A DNA stretch of 49,422 nt from Lama guanicoe (lineage: Eukaryota). This document shows, in pieces, positions 35,400 to 49,387 of the stretch. Within the stretch, counting starts at the first letter, position 1, and each line of letters begins with the position of its first letter. The DNA lies in contig MU053156.1 of NCBI GenBank assembly GCA_013239625.1, forward strand, positions 498,467 to 547,888, written 5' to 3'. Under the pieces are notes generated by a model. It had not been told where the DNA came from. It saw only the letters and a list, made by a program, of their open reading frames with translations, and ran no database searches. A program made the translations under genes and the position numbers.

Positions 35400-35930
35400 A
35401 CCGACAAGAAATTCCCATCTGTACAAAATAAGGTGTATGTGTGGGTGTTATTGCTGTCATTGTTTGTAATACTAGAAACTTGGAGACCACAGAAGTGTCT
35501 CTCGATAGGTGGGTGGAAGTAGATACAGCTATCTACTAGACATGGGTGAAAGGAACTAGATATGTACATAGTTATAAATTGGAATATTTATACAATGGAA
35601 TATTGTACAAACTTTAAAGTAAATGAAATAAAGCTACATGTATCACCATGGATAAATCTTAAGATGTATCTTTGAGAGGAAAAAAGCAGGTTGCATAATA
35701 ATACATGCAATATAATATAAATACTGTGAAATACATAATTGAAATAATGTTCGGAACCACCTGAAATGGTATATATTTTGATCAGCATGTATGTATGTAG
35801 TAAAAGGATACAAGGACAACATTAAGAATACACATCCACTTGGGGACAGGGGTCAACTCTAGAGAGGATAGGAGGCTAATACGTTTTCGATTGGATGAGA
35901 TGAAGTTCAAAATACACATGCAATATTCTC
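35400..35930 (+). mobile_element. Ancient L1 (L1ME-like) 3' fragment
   Basis: ttgtttgtaata..aaacttgga…tacaatggaatattgtaca…catggataaatctta. Confidence 0.55.
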
Positions 35931-35944
35931 TTTTAAAAATCTCA

Positions 35945-37020
35945 CCCTTTCAGGCAGTCCATGAGGTCAAAATTATTTTCCTAATAATTCTAAAGTGTTA
36001 GTCTTTTTCACTGTGTTAACATTTGCACATAAACAATGGTGAGTAAAGCCGCTGGCACCTTAGTGTGATTCAAGGCAGTGGCACCAAACTGTACCTGTGA
36101 TCACAGATGTGGAATCACTGTAAAAGTGCCAAATTTACTAGAAAATGCCACTTAAGAAGAAAATTTTCATTTTATTACATCTCAAATCTTGAGCAGATGG
36201 ATTTTTCATATTATGTGTGATGAAGTGCCAAGTTCACAAATAGGACTTCTTCTGCATTCTAGAGTATGATGACGGTCTTGACGAAAAGCACTCATGTGAT
36301 TACTTGAGTGACAAGTTGAACTGAGTTTTTTGTGGAACATCATCTTGACTGGTAAGAACCATCAGCAGATACACTGTAGTTAACTCAGACTAGAGCCTTT
36401 GGCAGACATTTTTTGGGAACATAAATAAAGGTGAGCCTCTCATTTTGAGAAAAGCAACAGATCATGTTTGTTACCAATAATAAAATTTTGCTTTCAAGAC
36501 AAAATCCAACTTTTGGAAAACATATCTGCCACCACAAAGCTTTTCAGCTTTTCAATCCTTAACACATTTTCCAGGATACGTAATGATAATATAACAAGTG
36601 TGACTTGTAAAATAGTATAATAAAATGTGACAAAATTTAGAAGACCCATAAAACTCCAATGACCGGTACATGATGTTATAAAATCTTGCATGGGCAAAAT
36701 GTCCACACAAGATACAAAACTGACCAACAGATTTTAACGTATAACAGATTAAGGAAACTTCCTCTGTGTTATGTCAGATAACATATTGCAACTAATGTCT
36801 AAGAAACTACCGACACCAATATTGCTACCATCAGAAAGGCTAGGAAAATATTCCTTTCTTTTCCAAACATATACAATACACTAAAACAAAACAACAGTTA
36901 GCAACAGATTGCATACAGATAGGAGAATCTAGCTGCATTCTATTAAGCCAAACATTAAGGAGATTTGCAAACATATAAAATAATGCCTCTTTTCTATTTT
37001 TTTTCTTGTTTTGGAAACTA
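35945..37020 (+). mobile_element. hAT-Charlie (Charlie1-like) element fragment
   Basis: ccatgaggtcaaaattattttc…gctggcaccttag…tagagccttt ggcagacattttt…ctattaagccaaacattaaggagatttgcaaa resembles Charlie1. Confidence 0.7.
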
Positions 37021-37584
37021 CAAAAAAATACAGTCTACAGAAAAAAGAGACTACAAAAATTTTTTAAAGAGGAAAATAAAATTTAAAAAAATTCATGATT
37101 CCATCACCCATGTATAATCACAGCAGACAGCTCAATACATTTGACTTCAGACACTATGCTTTTAGCTTTGACCCTCAAGAATATGTGTCTTCCTTCCCCC
37201 CCAAAGGTATCTCAAGTATCTGCTATTGGCTGATGGGGGAGGAGGCAAGGGATGGTCTTCTTCAAGCAAGAACACACACAGATACACACATACAGACATA
37301 TGTGTTATAACCCCAGGTCATCGTGAAAGATGCTAACCATACAGAGTTCATGGAAGCATCAAACGTTGAGTACCGCAAACCCCAATTTAACTCCCTTGTC
37401 CTTGAGCCTCTTATATGAGTTTAAACTTTATAAATCTGTCCCATATTCTTACTATGTTTTCTCTCAACTGGTACAGAGTGCCCATGGAGTATTCCATAGG
37501 GAACCTCTTTTGTATTTTCACATATTATGGTTTTTTCCCCAATCTCTATAGAGCCTTGATCCTTTTACTTTCCCTGTCCACCAC

Positions 37585-37607
37585 CACACACACACACACA
37601 CACACAC
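37585..37607. repeat. (CA)n microsatellite
   Basis: Seen directly. Confidence 0.85.
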
Positions 37608-38009
37608 CCCCCACACACTTTCCTTGCAGTTGTGGAAATCTTCACAAACTACTTCTTTCAACCCCAACCTCCTCTTCCAGAGGCTGAGATGGGAGAAGTG
37701 CCTTTTCCCTTTGTTCTCTGTATCCAAAAAGGGAAAGAAGGAAAGGACGGAGGGAGGCAGCTGGAAGGAAAGAAAATCAAAAAGAAAAACATGGAAAAAT
37801 GCTTTCTTGATTTCTGAAGGAGGGTAAGAAGAGGCTTCAGTCCTTCCACGCACTTTGCTGAGCACAATACTTTCCCACTTAGCAGAGGGAAGTGGCAATT
37901 TCCCCCTGTATCTACTGGGTAAGGAGGAACTGGAAACTCCACACAGTGTGAACCTAGCAGGATGTTACCCTCCCCAAATATTTCTGGTCTTTTATTGTTA
38001 CCTAAGATC

Positions 38010-38512
38010 CTAGGGGAGGGAAGATAAGATCAAAGGGTACAAACTTCCAGTTATAAAATAAGTCATAGGGTTGTAGCATACAGCACGGTGCTGATAGTCA
38101 ACAATATTACATCGCATACTATTTTGTTGCATCCCATATTGGAAGTTACTAAGAGAATACATCTTAAAAAGTCCTTATCACAAGAGAAAAATAACTATGT
38201 AGGGTGATGGGTGTTAACAAGATTTATTGTGGTCATTATTTTGCAATATACAGTTGTATCCTCTGGTTCCATATCCCCGATTCAAATTCAACCCCAGGTT
38301 GGTAGAATGTGCAGGCATGAAATCTGAGGATACAGAGGCCTGGCTGTACTACACCATTTTATGTAAAGGACTGCAGATTTTGGTATCCCTGGGCGTCCTG
38401 GAGCCAATCCTTCTCAAACATCAAGGGACAATTGTATAAAAATATTGAATCGTTTTGTTGTACACTTTAAATTAAATAATGTTATATACAATTACACTTT
38501 AATTTTTTTTAA
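38010..38512 (+). mobile_element. L1MA-type 3' end, interrupted by a DNA transposon
   Basis: caaagggtacaaacttccagttataaaataagtc…ttttgcaatata [insert] tataaaaatattgaatc…ttgtacac. Confidence 0.75.
38251..38434. mobile_element. MER2/Tigger-type non-autonomous DNA transposon
   Basis: TA-flanked imperfect TIRs: ta|cagttgtatcct … agggacaattg|ta. Confidence 0.7.
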
Positions 38513-38574
38513 ACAAACACAAGAGCCTAGAGGATGGGAGATACCTCCAGGGGTCTGCAGTGTCTGTCCTACTT

Positions 38575-38649
38575 CTTCTTTTTTTAATGGAGGCACTGGG
38601 AATTGAACCCAGGACTTCATGCTCCACCACTGAACTCCACCCTCCCCCC
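38575..38649 (-). mobile_element. vic-1-like SINE, internally deleted
   Basis: tttttaatggaggcactgggaattgaacccaggac…ccctcccccc, homologous to 15982-16074. Confidence 0.8.
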
Positions 38650-39513
38650 GGTCCTGCTTCTGAGCTGTCCCACCTCCACAGCCTGTCCTCCTTCCTGCTG
38701 TAATGCACCACTCACCAACTTTTTCCTTCTCCTCTGCTCTACCCTTTCTTCTCCACACGTATGCAGCTGTTTTGCCCCTCTTCGGTTTGTTCTCCTCTGT
38801 TTTCCTCAGACCTTACTCACAAAGATGAGATCACTAGGCAACATTTAACCTGACTCCTGATTTTTGCTTTACTGGATATACACAAGGCCTTGCCTAATCT
38901 GTAGATGCCCCTCCTGGACTAGAAGGAGTGAGAATGAAGAATTAAAAGAGATTGGGGTCAAATAATCTACTTAGGCTATACTTCTTACTCAAATACCATT
39001 ATTCAATAATACGTTACCATAGATATATAGAAAATTTATACAGTGCTTTATTTCTAAGTTTTATCAATATTTCTAGATGATCTTTATGTCAGTCATGTGT
39101 TAAAGTTCAATTTCATTGATGAAATTATGTTTATACATCATTTGAAGAAGGCCTATTAAATTCTGACCACTCAGTTCTATAATGACAGTGATGACTACAG
39201 TCATTAACAATACATCTTCCACTAGGATAGCGATTTTACACTAAGTAGGCAAGGAGTGAAAATCACATTTTGTATTCTTCATGTTGTATGTACAACACAA
39301 TAGTAACAAGACAGTTTAAATCAATTTGGTAGGCATCCTAAAACCAAGTTTAAAACACTGACTTGATATTCACTTGTTCAAACACTTTCATTCATTTTAA
39401 AGCCAGTTCTTACAATCACCTAGTTAATTCCATTATACAAAATTTCTCACAAATATAGCTAAATTTTTTATTGTAACCGATGTTAAAATAGTTACAAATA
39501 AGCTGGTTGCCAC

Positions 39514-39978
39514 TGTGGCATCAATTCCTTCTGTTCCCCACCAACAGTACTCTGATTTTCCTCGGCGCATTCACGTCTCCCAGATTCTTAAACACGTGGC
39601 TAGGAAGGGACTGACATTCATGCCTGGCTTTGGAATTAAGCCCCGCATGACATGTGTACAAGCTATGGAAGTTGATCTCCTTTTCAGCGGTCTGCCTTAG
39701 TGGTGAGAAGCTTGCCTTTTTTGTGACTAGAAAGGGAGCCACTGTGTATAGTCTGAGGATAAAGCTGACAGGAGTGGAGGCAGAGCAGCGACACAAAGAG
39801 AAGCTAGATCTTGGTGAAATTGTTTAAACAGCTGGCTGCATCAGTCATGATACAGAGCTAGCTGGACCTCTGGACTTTTAAGATAAAGCCAGTATGTATC
39901 TTTTTGGTTCATTTGTTTGTTTCAGTTGCTTGAGTTTTATTTTTCATTGCTCCTAACTAAAAAAAAAATCTGACTGAC
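39514..39978 (+). mobile_element. Old MaLR LTR (MLT1-like)
   Basis: tgaggataaagctgaca…ctctggactttt…aagccagta…ctgactga has an MLT1-type layout. Confidence 0.55.
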
Positions 39979-40304
39979 CTAGAAACCAACATAGAAATTG
40001 ACTTCAGAATCATATGGAGTTATAACATATATGCGCGGAAGAGGTACCACAGCAGATAAATTCAGTTCTGAATTTAAAAAAAAATTGTATCTATTTATTC
40101 TAGGCAATGTGGTCGTGCTGAGGATCCAGGGCTTAACAAAAGTGCAGGGTCCCTCTCCCAGGAATGGCCTGCTTTCATTTGCAGGCAAGAAAGACATTTA
40201 AAGCTAGTTACACATTAATTCATCCACTTTGATTTTGAACGGGCTTTGAGGAAGAGGGACAGACACATGCAGGCTCATCACAGGGCACTAGACCTAGTCT
40301 GGGG

Positions 40305-40595
40305 GGCATTAGTTCCCTAAGGCTGCCATAAACTAATAACCATAAACTGGGGGGCTTGAAACAACAGGAATCTATTCTCTCACAGTTCCAGAGGCCAGAA
40401 GTACAAAATCAGGCATAGGAAGGGCCCTGCGAAGGCTCCCAGGAAGAATGCTGCGTCTTCCTGGCTGCGGGTGGTTGCCGACAACCTTTAGCATTCCTTG
40501 GCTTGCGGGCCCATCACACCAGTCTTGTGTCCGTTGTCACATAGGCTTCTTCCCTGAGTCTCTGTGTCTCCAAATCTCTCTCTTCTTAAGGAGTC
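40305..40595 (-). mobile_element. MaLR LTR (MLT1) fragment
   Basis: attagttccctaaggctgccata…ggggcttgaaacaacaggaatctattctctcacagttccagaggccagaagt. Confidence 0.8.
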
Positions 40596-40880
40596 GGACT
40601 TCAACAGATCCTGGAAAACACAGTGCAATTTACAGCAGGGGGGCTAGGAAAAACGTCTTCGAGGAGGTCCTCTTGAGCTGACATCTATGGATGCAGAGGG
40701 AACAACAGGGGCTTGTTTTCCTGGCATATGCTGCACTTGCTGCTGGTCCCTTATTTCTGCCATGGCCCGTCGCTGCCCCTGTATTACCCTCCTGCAATAG
40801 GGAAGAACTCTGACTCCACGTTAGACCTCTTCCTTTGCTCCTGTGATGTGCACTGTTTCCTGTGCTGGTTCTGCACCTTT

Positions 40881-41276
40881 TGTAAAAGAATGTTGCCTAT
40901 AGCCTGAAATATACAGGAGAGCCCATTTTCAAGACTCTGACCTATAAAGGTATAATATTTTTCCATCCATATAGAGGTTAAAAGTTGCAGAATGGAGGTT
41001 TATAGGAACATTATGACCTGACCTAGGTGGACAGCTGCCAAGAACAAAGGATTCAAACACCAAGAAGTTTGCAGCAGCCAGCCACACCTCCTCCCCTTTA
41101 TAGTATAAAAGGAGCCTGGATTCTGTCTTGGGGAAGACGGTTCACTGGAACATTAGTTTGCCGTCGTCTCATCTGTTTGCTTTCTGAATAAGGTCATTAT
41201 TCCTTACTCCAACACCTCATCTCCTGATCCATTGGCCTGTTGTGAGGCAAGCAGAATGAGTTTGGACTCCGTAACA
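40881..41276 (+). mobile_element. Solo ERV LTR
   Basis: TGT…AACA ends, TATAAAA near 41105, AATAA-like signal near 41188, about 400 bp. Confidence 0.75.
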
Positions 41277-41551
41277 CAATTAACAAGCAAGGATAGAGAA
41301 GAAAGACCCAGCCTTTAGAAGAGATACTGTCAAGAGCAAAGGAGGCACTTTGGTCTAGAAGGGACTGGATCACTAGGCAGATTGTTAATGCAGGGACATG
41401 AGGACAGAGAGTAAAACCAAGACCCACTCACTGTAATGAGGGATAATGTGAAAATCAGAGTTAAGGAAAGATATAAAGGTCAGTTCAGATTTGGGGCACA
41501 TAATCAAAGGAGAGAGGAAGTTGTGTAGAATAGACTATTTGGTGGTTGAAT

Positions 41552-41780
41552 GGACTGGGAGTTCAAAATTTGTAGATACTGACAGGCATATGCAGAACAG
41601 ATAAACTAAATTATATTGCATAGCACAGGGAAATATATACAAGATCTTGTGGTGGCTCACAGTGAAAAAATGTGCCAATTAATATATGTATGTTCATATG
41701 TAATTGAAAAATTGTGCTCTACACTGGAATTTGACACAACATTGTAAAACCATTATAACTCAATAAAAAATGTTTAAAAA
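41552..41780 (+). mobile_element. Young L1 3' UTR fragment
   Basis: Same terminus as the 33.6 and 47.2 kb elements (…cacaacattgtaaaa..attataa.tcaataaaaaa). Confidence 0.85.
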
Positions 41781-41949
41781 TATATATTCACTTTGGTTAA
41801 AGTGGAAATGGAGACTTAGACTTCTTAGAGGCAGGTCATGCCCACTGGTTAAGTGCCAAGAATTGTTAAAAGAGGAAGAAAACAGAGTATTTGGAATTAG
41901 TTAGGGCCTGATAATAACAGCCCAGAACTAAATAGCTTCGCTTTAATAA

Positions 41950-42155
41950 ACAAGCACTGTATGCCAGGCATGGAGCTACTGTCAGGACCTTTATTATTTT
42001 TAGTACTCATGCAAGCCTTGTAAGGAATTCCTGTTACCTAAGTTTTCTGATGCGGAAACAACAGAAAGATTAATTCACTAATAAACTCTCACATACAGTA
42101 AATGGCAGAGGCTGAATTTGAACAAAGGTCTCTGTGGTTTCAAAACTCAGTCTCA
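41950..42155 (-). mobile_element. MIR
   Basis: gcactgtatgccaggca…tctgatgcggaaac…gtaaatggcagaggctgaatttgaac. Confidence 0.7.
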
Positions 42156-42898
42156 TTCCAGCAATAGATACAGCATGATTTGGTGCTAAAAACACTGAAC
42201 ATTCTACTCTTGAGTATGCAGTGGAACTGGAGATTAAGGAGTGAATCCAAGATGTCTGCCCAAGGAAAACATGACTGGTTAAATATGGAAGAAGATGTAA
42301 GGGGAAAGAGAGAAGAATCATAGATGATGCTAACAGTTTTTGACTTGGTAGATTATAAGATTGGAAAGACAGAAATGAGAAAAAGTAGAGGGAAAATGCT
42401 TTTTGTGGTATGTGTATGGGTTTCTGACAAGAGAAGGACGTGGTTTTGAGTATAACTAATTTAAGTGAAAATATTTTAGAGGCATTTATAAATAACATTT
42501 AAGATGAGATATATATTTGGAAGCACATTTTAACTTGATTCTATTTATTAACACCACAACTTGACTGAAAGAAATTAAAAACACAGGCCTTTGTGTTTTC
42601 TGTGGCCATTTTTATGATTTAGACAATGAGGAAACTGAGATCTGTTTATGTGTGTGCACTGTCTTTAGGTGACATACCTTTAGGAGTGTACTATCAAATT
42701 ATATGTATAACATATTATACTTATGTGTGTGTATGTGTATAATAAGCATTTATAATTACCTACAGAAATTTTGACTTAAACTTTTTACAACCAAAATTGA
42801 GCTTGTCTTCACTTTTCCTTCTCCTACCAGCAACCCACATGCACAAATATATAGGTCTATACTCTGTGATATATAATCAGATTGTATATCCCTGATTT

Positions 42899-43020
42899 TA
42901 TATGTGTGTGTATATATACATATATATATGTATATACACACACACACACACACACACACCACACTCTAGGATATAATTAATATATATGAATATGTATATA
43001 CATGAATATGGCTATATACA
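42899..43020. repeat. Compound (TG)/(TA)/(CA) microsatellite
   Basis: Seen directly. Confidence 0.85.
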
Positions 43021-43479
43021 CTGCATAAATTAAAATATGATCCTTTAAAATATGCTTTTAAGAGAGTATCACATCTATGTAAAACTTCACTAGATTTTAA
43101 TATTTTAAAATTTCAAAAATATGTGCAGAGTTAAGGACATACATATTCAGGTTCAAAGCAATTATAGGAAGAAAGATGTGAGAATTAGGAAGATGTGCTA
43201 AAGCTCCTCGCAGGGAAGTATTTGATTAGAGAAATTCAGTCTTGCTCGATGTATCAGGGATGTGCCATTTACGTACAGAAAGAGGCCTTTTCCAGGTTCT
43301 GTTCTGTAAGGGGTACTGTTTGGTACTCTAAGTATTAGGATAAAATGTCAGATGATCACTTTTTTACTATGAAAACCAAAAATTTTTATGATCATATAGG
43401 AATTTAAGGAATAAGGGCGCATCCTGAGAAATCTAGTAGGGAGTAAGCTTCAGATAATCAAAAGCAATGAAGAGATGAA

Positions 43480-45250
43480 GAGAAGTCAACACGAGGAATG
43501 GTGATGTGAATTTGGAATCATGTAGATATTTTGCATAATTATGAGATTAAATTAAATTTTAACAAAGAAACCAAATATATATATTAAATGAAACAACTGA
43601 ACCCAAATGGGAACACAGCTTGTGGCATAATTAGAAAAAGGCACAACTCCAAGTGACTTCAAAGCGTGATAATATAGCTCAGCTATAATCTAAGACAAAA
43701 TGAACTGCAAAAATAAAAACAATTCAACAGCTTTAAGCAATCATAGTGCTGGTGGAAATGCTGCGATTGGTATTCTGAGATTGTTATATATATATTTTTG
43801 GACCACAAAACAAAATTACATAATGCTCTATTCATATTCCCAGTGAACTTGAGACCTGACATTTTGTACAGGAGGAAAGTAATTCAAACAAAGATCTAAA
43901 TTTGAATTGAAAGTATAGACAAGAACTCATGATGTATTTTATATTTTTTTTTCTGAATTCTGCCACTGGAAAGGCCTAGACACAATGAGTGCACCAATGA
44001 CAACAGATACAACTAGTGCTTAGATTTTTATTTTCAAAAACCATTTTCCAATTAGAAAAAAAAAGAAAAAGAAAGAAACAGGGGTTCTTGAAGATGGAGC
44101 TTATTCCAGATCTGGCACCAGATATGAACAAGATGAATGTGAAATACCAGATAGTAAAAAAATGATCAGACTACTAGCGTCATGTCAACAAGACTTACAG
44201 CCAAATTGAAGAAATTCCCACTGGCCGAAAATGGGACAATTTGATTCTCAATAAGGATAATAATTGATATATATCAATATATTTAAAGTTATGAATTCAA
44301 AATATCAAAATAAACTAACTGTTCACCACTGGAGGATATGGTAAATCAACTTAATATTTTGGAAATAGTGAAGAAATCAAAAGAATTAAGCATTTCTCCT
44401 GCCATCCTAATGTGAATTGTACCACCTGATAACCAAATAGTAGGTGAGGGAAAGTTTTGCTTTGGGACTTTTTTTTAACAGAAAAATTCTGGTCAATCAA
44501 TGAAGAATAAATAACAGATATAAGTATTACTATTTTGCAACTCCAGATGGAAGTAGGCTTTGAGAATCAATGGCTACTATTCAGTATAAGAGAGACAACT
44601 AGAGATTGGATGTTTCTTTCTTTTTTGTTTTTAATAATAAGTGAAAGTTTGCACTTTTTTACCACCTTCACCTGTGAGTGAAGATAAATGTACCTTGATT
44701 TTAGAATACACCACCACCTATGAAATGGTCTTTAAAAATAAAACACAACTAATCTGATTCTGATAAAGCCCGGAACACTTTCCAACTGCTAATTTATAGG
44801 AAACAGAGATTTAGAGAGATACATTATAAAACACAATGGAGATGCAAATAGCAAATTTCACATTGTGGGAAATTCTTCAAACAACTGACTGTGTCCTCAA
44901 GAATGTGCAAGAGAACAAAGAGAAATGAGTGAGGAACTTACAGATTAAAAGAGATTTAAGACATGATAATCAATTGACATGTACAGATCTTCATTCAAAC
45001 TATTAAAAATGTAACATAAGACAATGGGAAATTTGAACACTACATATTTGATGATATTAAGGAAGCATTACCATTTTTTAAAATTTATAACAATGGTAGG
45101 GATGTAGTCAAATACTTGTTTGGAGGAAGTGATATAATGTCTAAGACTTCATCAAAGTAACATGGGAAGAGAGCAAGTGGGTGGAGGTACAGGTGAAATG
45201 AGACTGGCCATGTGTTGATAGTGACTGAAAATAAGTTATGGGTGTATGGG
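43480..45250 (+). mobile_element. Ancient L1 (L1MC-like) 3' region
   Basis: A-rich degenerate sequence with attaaaagagatttaagaca, gaaatttgaacact…atttgatgatattaagg and gagactggccatgtgttgata. Confidence 0.6.
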
Positions 45251-45519
45251 CTGGGGCAAGGGTTTAGCCTGCACAATACAACTGGTAAAATCACTGACCA
45301 TCAGCTTGAACCTCACAGTGTACTCTTGCTAGAAGCAGTCCTAGCTCTGAGGTATGCCAGTGCTGATTGGCATGGATCTACTCCATGTGGAATAAAATAA
45401 GTAGATTAGGTGGAATCTTATTTCCTAGAGAAGAGGATTTGGGCCAAAATCAGGAAAGACATTTTTCTAGCTGCTCTTCGATGACAATGTCATTAGTGCT
45501 CTAATTAAAAGTTGTGCCC

Positions 45520-45960
45520 GGCAGTGTCCTGGCAAGAAATAGATGAGATACTCAAAACTGTTTAGCTGAGGAGATTTTAATAAAGAGACTTTTTGCAGAA
45601 GAATGGGCAGAGGGACAGGGACCACTAAAGAGGCAGGAAACAGCAGAGCAGTGGGAAACGGCGGCAGAGGAGAAACTTGCAGAGCCTGCATCTCCTGAGG
45701 GCTGGCGCACTGCAGGTGGCCTGCCCACCGGGGGCTGGGGCCATGGGGAGCAACCAGTCCACAACCAGAGGGAGACAGCGTGGAGAGAAGGGAAATACTG
45801 AGCATGTGTCTCCTGCTGCCCCTGACCCCCTGCAGGTCCTTTCCACTACAAGCCAATGGGCCAAAGGGGCCAGTGTGATGCAGTCCCCGGAGGTCATTCT
45901 CCCAGGACAGGTCATAGACAGATGATGGTGACTGATGGGGACCAGCTGACAACAACCAGT
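45520..45960. mobile_element. Old ERVL-type LTR-like element
   Basis: GC-rich block starting gtcctggcaagaaatagatg…ttttaataaagagact; family not certain. Confidence 0.45.
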
Positions 45961-46269
45961 GCAGAATGTATTGCTGTATTATGTGTGTGCACACATGCTG
46001 ACTACGTTGTGTCATATTATACATATGTGTGTGTGTTCTATATATTACATACAGGTATAATATACATGTAATATACATAGTGGCATATTATGTGTGTGTG
46101 TTCTACATATTATGCAGAGGTAGTGTGTGTGTGTGATAATATACACGTAATAATATAGAAACACAGGTAAACTCCATAGTGTGTGTGTATATAGAGAGAG
46201 AGATCATTCCAGAGTATGGGTTCATTTTATCTTTCCATCAAATCTTTCAGTTTTGAGATATTAAAAATA

Positions 46270-47165
46270 ATTCACAGAAAAGAAAACACAAATGTCTGAT
46301 AAACTCTAAAGAGATGTTCAACATTATCAGAAATCTGGGATATGCAAATTAAAATAAGATACTATTTTTTTTAACCATCAAATTGTCAAGTAATTAAACG
46401 TTTAAAAATATCAAGTATTGGTGAGGACATTGGTAATGGGAGCTCACACACACTGCTGGGGAGAACACAGATTTGTTTAGGTGCTGGTCCGGTTTGGTGG
46501 TGCCTGCTATAGAGACAGTAGAGCAACAAGGTGAAGAGCTCAGATAGATCTCTGTTGTGCCACTTAGTCTCCATATAATCTTCAGTGAATCACTTACTCT
46601 CTCATACTTCTCATTAAAAATACTTAACCTCTCCATGCCTCAGTTTCTCTATCTGGAAAATGGGGAAATAACATTTATCTCACACATAAGAATGTCAAGC
46701 ACATAAGTGCTCGGTAAATATGAAAAATGCCCATAAATCATGAGTCTGCCATTTCACTCCTCTGTTTGCATAAAGAAGCTGACACAAGAATATTTATTTC
46801 ACCATTATTTGCACTGTTTGTTACAGCAAATAAATGAAAACAAATATTTGTGTTCATTGCTAGCTATGGAAAAATTCCTGACAGAGTGAGTGCATCAAGC
46901 ATCAGAGAAAAATATATACTTTCCATGGAGCTATATTTTTGAACTCTATTATAGCTGCAAACTTCAATAAAATATTTATAGCTATATCTATATAAAAACT
47001 TTAGAAAAATTCTTGGGGAATATATGCAATCTGACAACCATAGTTATTTCCACAAAGGGACTGGGATTAGGGGGAGAGAAGATAGTCAAAGGAGCTCTAT
47101 ATTTATCTATAGTGTTTAAATTCCTATCGGGAAAATTTATTCATGAGACACTTGTGTGATTAAAA
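46270..47165 (+). mobile_element. Ancient L1 (L1ME-like) fragments with a nested MIR (about 46540-46720)
   Basis: aagagatgttcaac…tatgcaaattaaaa…agtattggtgagga; MIR core cttaacctctccatgcctcagtttctctatctggaaaatgggg. Confidence 0.6.
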
Positions 47166-47194
47166 ATAGAGTGGTTTTTTTTTATTGGGTTCGT

Positions 47195-48280
47195 CCTTTT
47201 TTTTTAACATTTTTTATTGATTTATAATCATTTTACAATGTTGTGTCAAATTCCAGTGGTCAGCACAATTTTTCAGTCATTCATGGACATATACACACTC
47301 ATTGTCACATTTTTTTCTCTGTGATTTATCATAACATTTTGTGTATATTTCCCTGTGCTATACAGTGTAATCTTGTTTATCTATTCTACAATTTTGAAAT
47401 CCCAGTCTATCCCATCCCACCCTCTACCCCCCTGGTAACCACAAGTCTGTATTCTCTGTCCGTGAGTCTATTTCTGTCCTGTATTTATGCTTTGTTTTTG
47501 TTTGTTTGTTTGTTTTTGTTTTTGTTTTTTAGATTCCACATATGAGCGATCTCATATGGTATTTTTCTTTCTCTTTCTGGCTTACTTCACTTAGAATGAC
47601 ATTCTCTAGGAGCATCCATGTTGCTGCAAATGGCATTATGTTGTCGGTTTTTATGGCTGAGTAGTATTCCATTGTATAAATATACCACATCTTCTTTATC
47701 CAGTCACCTGTTGATGGACATTTAGGCTGTTTCCATGTTTTGGCTATTGTAAATAGTGCTGCTATGAACATTGGGGTGCAGGTGTCATCCTGAAGTAGAT
47801 TTCCTTCTGGATACAAGCCCAGGAGTGGGATTCCTGGGTCATATGGTAAGTCTATTCCTAGTCTTTTGAGGAATCTCCACACTGTTTTCCATAGTGGCTG
47901 CACCAAACTGCATTCCCACCAGCAGTGTAGGAGGGTTCCCCTTTCTCTACAGCCTCTCCAGCATTTGTCATTTTTGGATTTTTGAATGACGGCCATTCTG
48001 ACTGGTGTGAGTTGATACCTCATTGTAGTTTTGATTTGCATTTCTCTGATAATGTGAAATTGAACATTTTTTCATGTGCTTTTTGATCATTTGTATGTCT
48101 TCCTTGGAGAACTGCTTGTTTAGGTCTTCTGCCCATTTTTGGATTGGGTTGTTTATTTTTTTATTTTTTTCTTATTGAGTCGTATGAGCTGCTTATATAT
48201 TTTGGAGATCAAGCCTTTGTCGGTTTCACTTGCAAAAATTTTCTCCCGTTCCATAGCTTTTCTTCTAGTTTTATTTCTGG
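47195..48280 (-). mobile_element. Young 5'-truncated L1 with an open ORF2 C-terminus
   Basis: ORF 47529-48041 [17 protein letters not shown]…CWRGC…TLLHCWWEC…[11 protein letters not shown]-tail on +. Confidence 0.95.
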
Positions 48281-49039
48281 CTAAATTGTAGGTCTTAAGA
48301 CCCCAGATATCCTCTGTTCTTTTTTGCAGCAGGGAGGCCAAGGTCTGGAGACACTTCTGGGAGGCTTCCTGGAGGAGGAGGCGAGAGCCTGGCAGACAGT
48401 CTGCTCTGTAGCTGGGTTAATCTCAGCCACACCCTGAGGCCCTGCCTCCCCACCCCACCCCCGCTCCTTCCAGTCTGTGCCAAACCCCTACTCCTCTGTA
48501 GTCCTAGGGGGCAAATCTCTGGCTCCACTACCTGCTGGCCCATTATTATTACTAACACACTGTTGCTTGTGCCTCAAGCAGCTCAGCCTTCCGGATTAAA
48601 TACAGCTGTGCCCAGGGACTCCTTCCAAAACACCTGGAATTCTGACACCTCCTTGACTGGGGCTGGGAGCACAGCCAGGGTGGCCTGGGAGGTGGGACCC
48701 CACTCCAGGGTGTGCTGGGACCCAAGGGGCCACCAAGGGCAGAGGATGCCTTGTGCAGGTTGGGCAGCATCAGCCTTCAGGGCCCCAGAAGGCAGCCCCC
48801 TACGAGGGCCAGGTGCCCAGGTTAGGCCAGGAGGTCTTGAGACAGATGGGGAGGGGCCTGGACAAGATGGAGTCTTTAGAAAGAATGAGGGGGCAGCAGC
48901 ACCTCACCTCGCCAGGGCGGGCGGGGACTGGGCAGGTGGGCCACAGTGCCCCCAGTTTTGCTATGTGTCTGTAGGAGATACCTCCCACATCCCCCGTCTC
49001 CCAGTTTTACAGACAAGGAAATGGGCTTGGAGGAGTCAC

Positions 49040-49387
49040 AATCTCAGTCTGTTCTGAGCTACTGTAATAAAATTCCAGGAATGGGGTGGCTTTTCAACCA
49101 CAGGGTGTATTTCTCGAAGTCCTGGGGCTGGGAGCCTGAGGTGAAGGCATAGGCAGATGGGGTATCTGGTGAGCTCCTCCTGGTCCGCAGTGGCACCCCC
49201 TCCCCGGGGCCTGGCAGGCAGGAGGGGAGGGAGCGTCAGGCTCTTTGATCCGTGGTACTCACCCCATTCAGGAGGACTCCACGTTTATAGCCTCATCACC
49301 TCCCAAAGGCCTCACCTCCTAATATGGTCCCCGGGAATAAGGGTGTCAGTAAAGCATGTGGGGAAACTGACATTCAGTCTACACCAC
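49040..49387 (-). mobile_element. MaLR LTR (MLT1A/B-like), preceded by a MIR core (about 48985-49040)
   Basis: gctactgtaataaaattcca…ggggctgggagcctgaggtgaagg…acctcccaaaggcctcacctcctaata…cattcagtc. Confidence 0.75.

Noticed and set aside
45467..46078. 203-aa minus-strand ORF
   Set aside because: Spans low-complexity TA/TG sequence and an LTR-like repeat; no recognisable protein.
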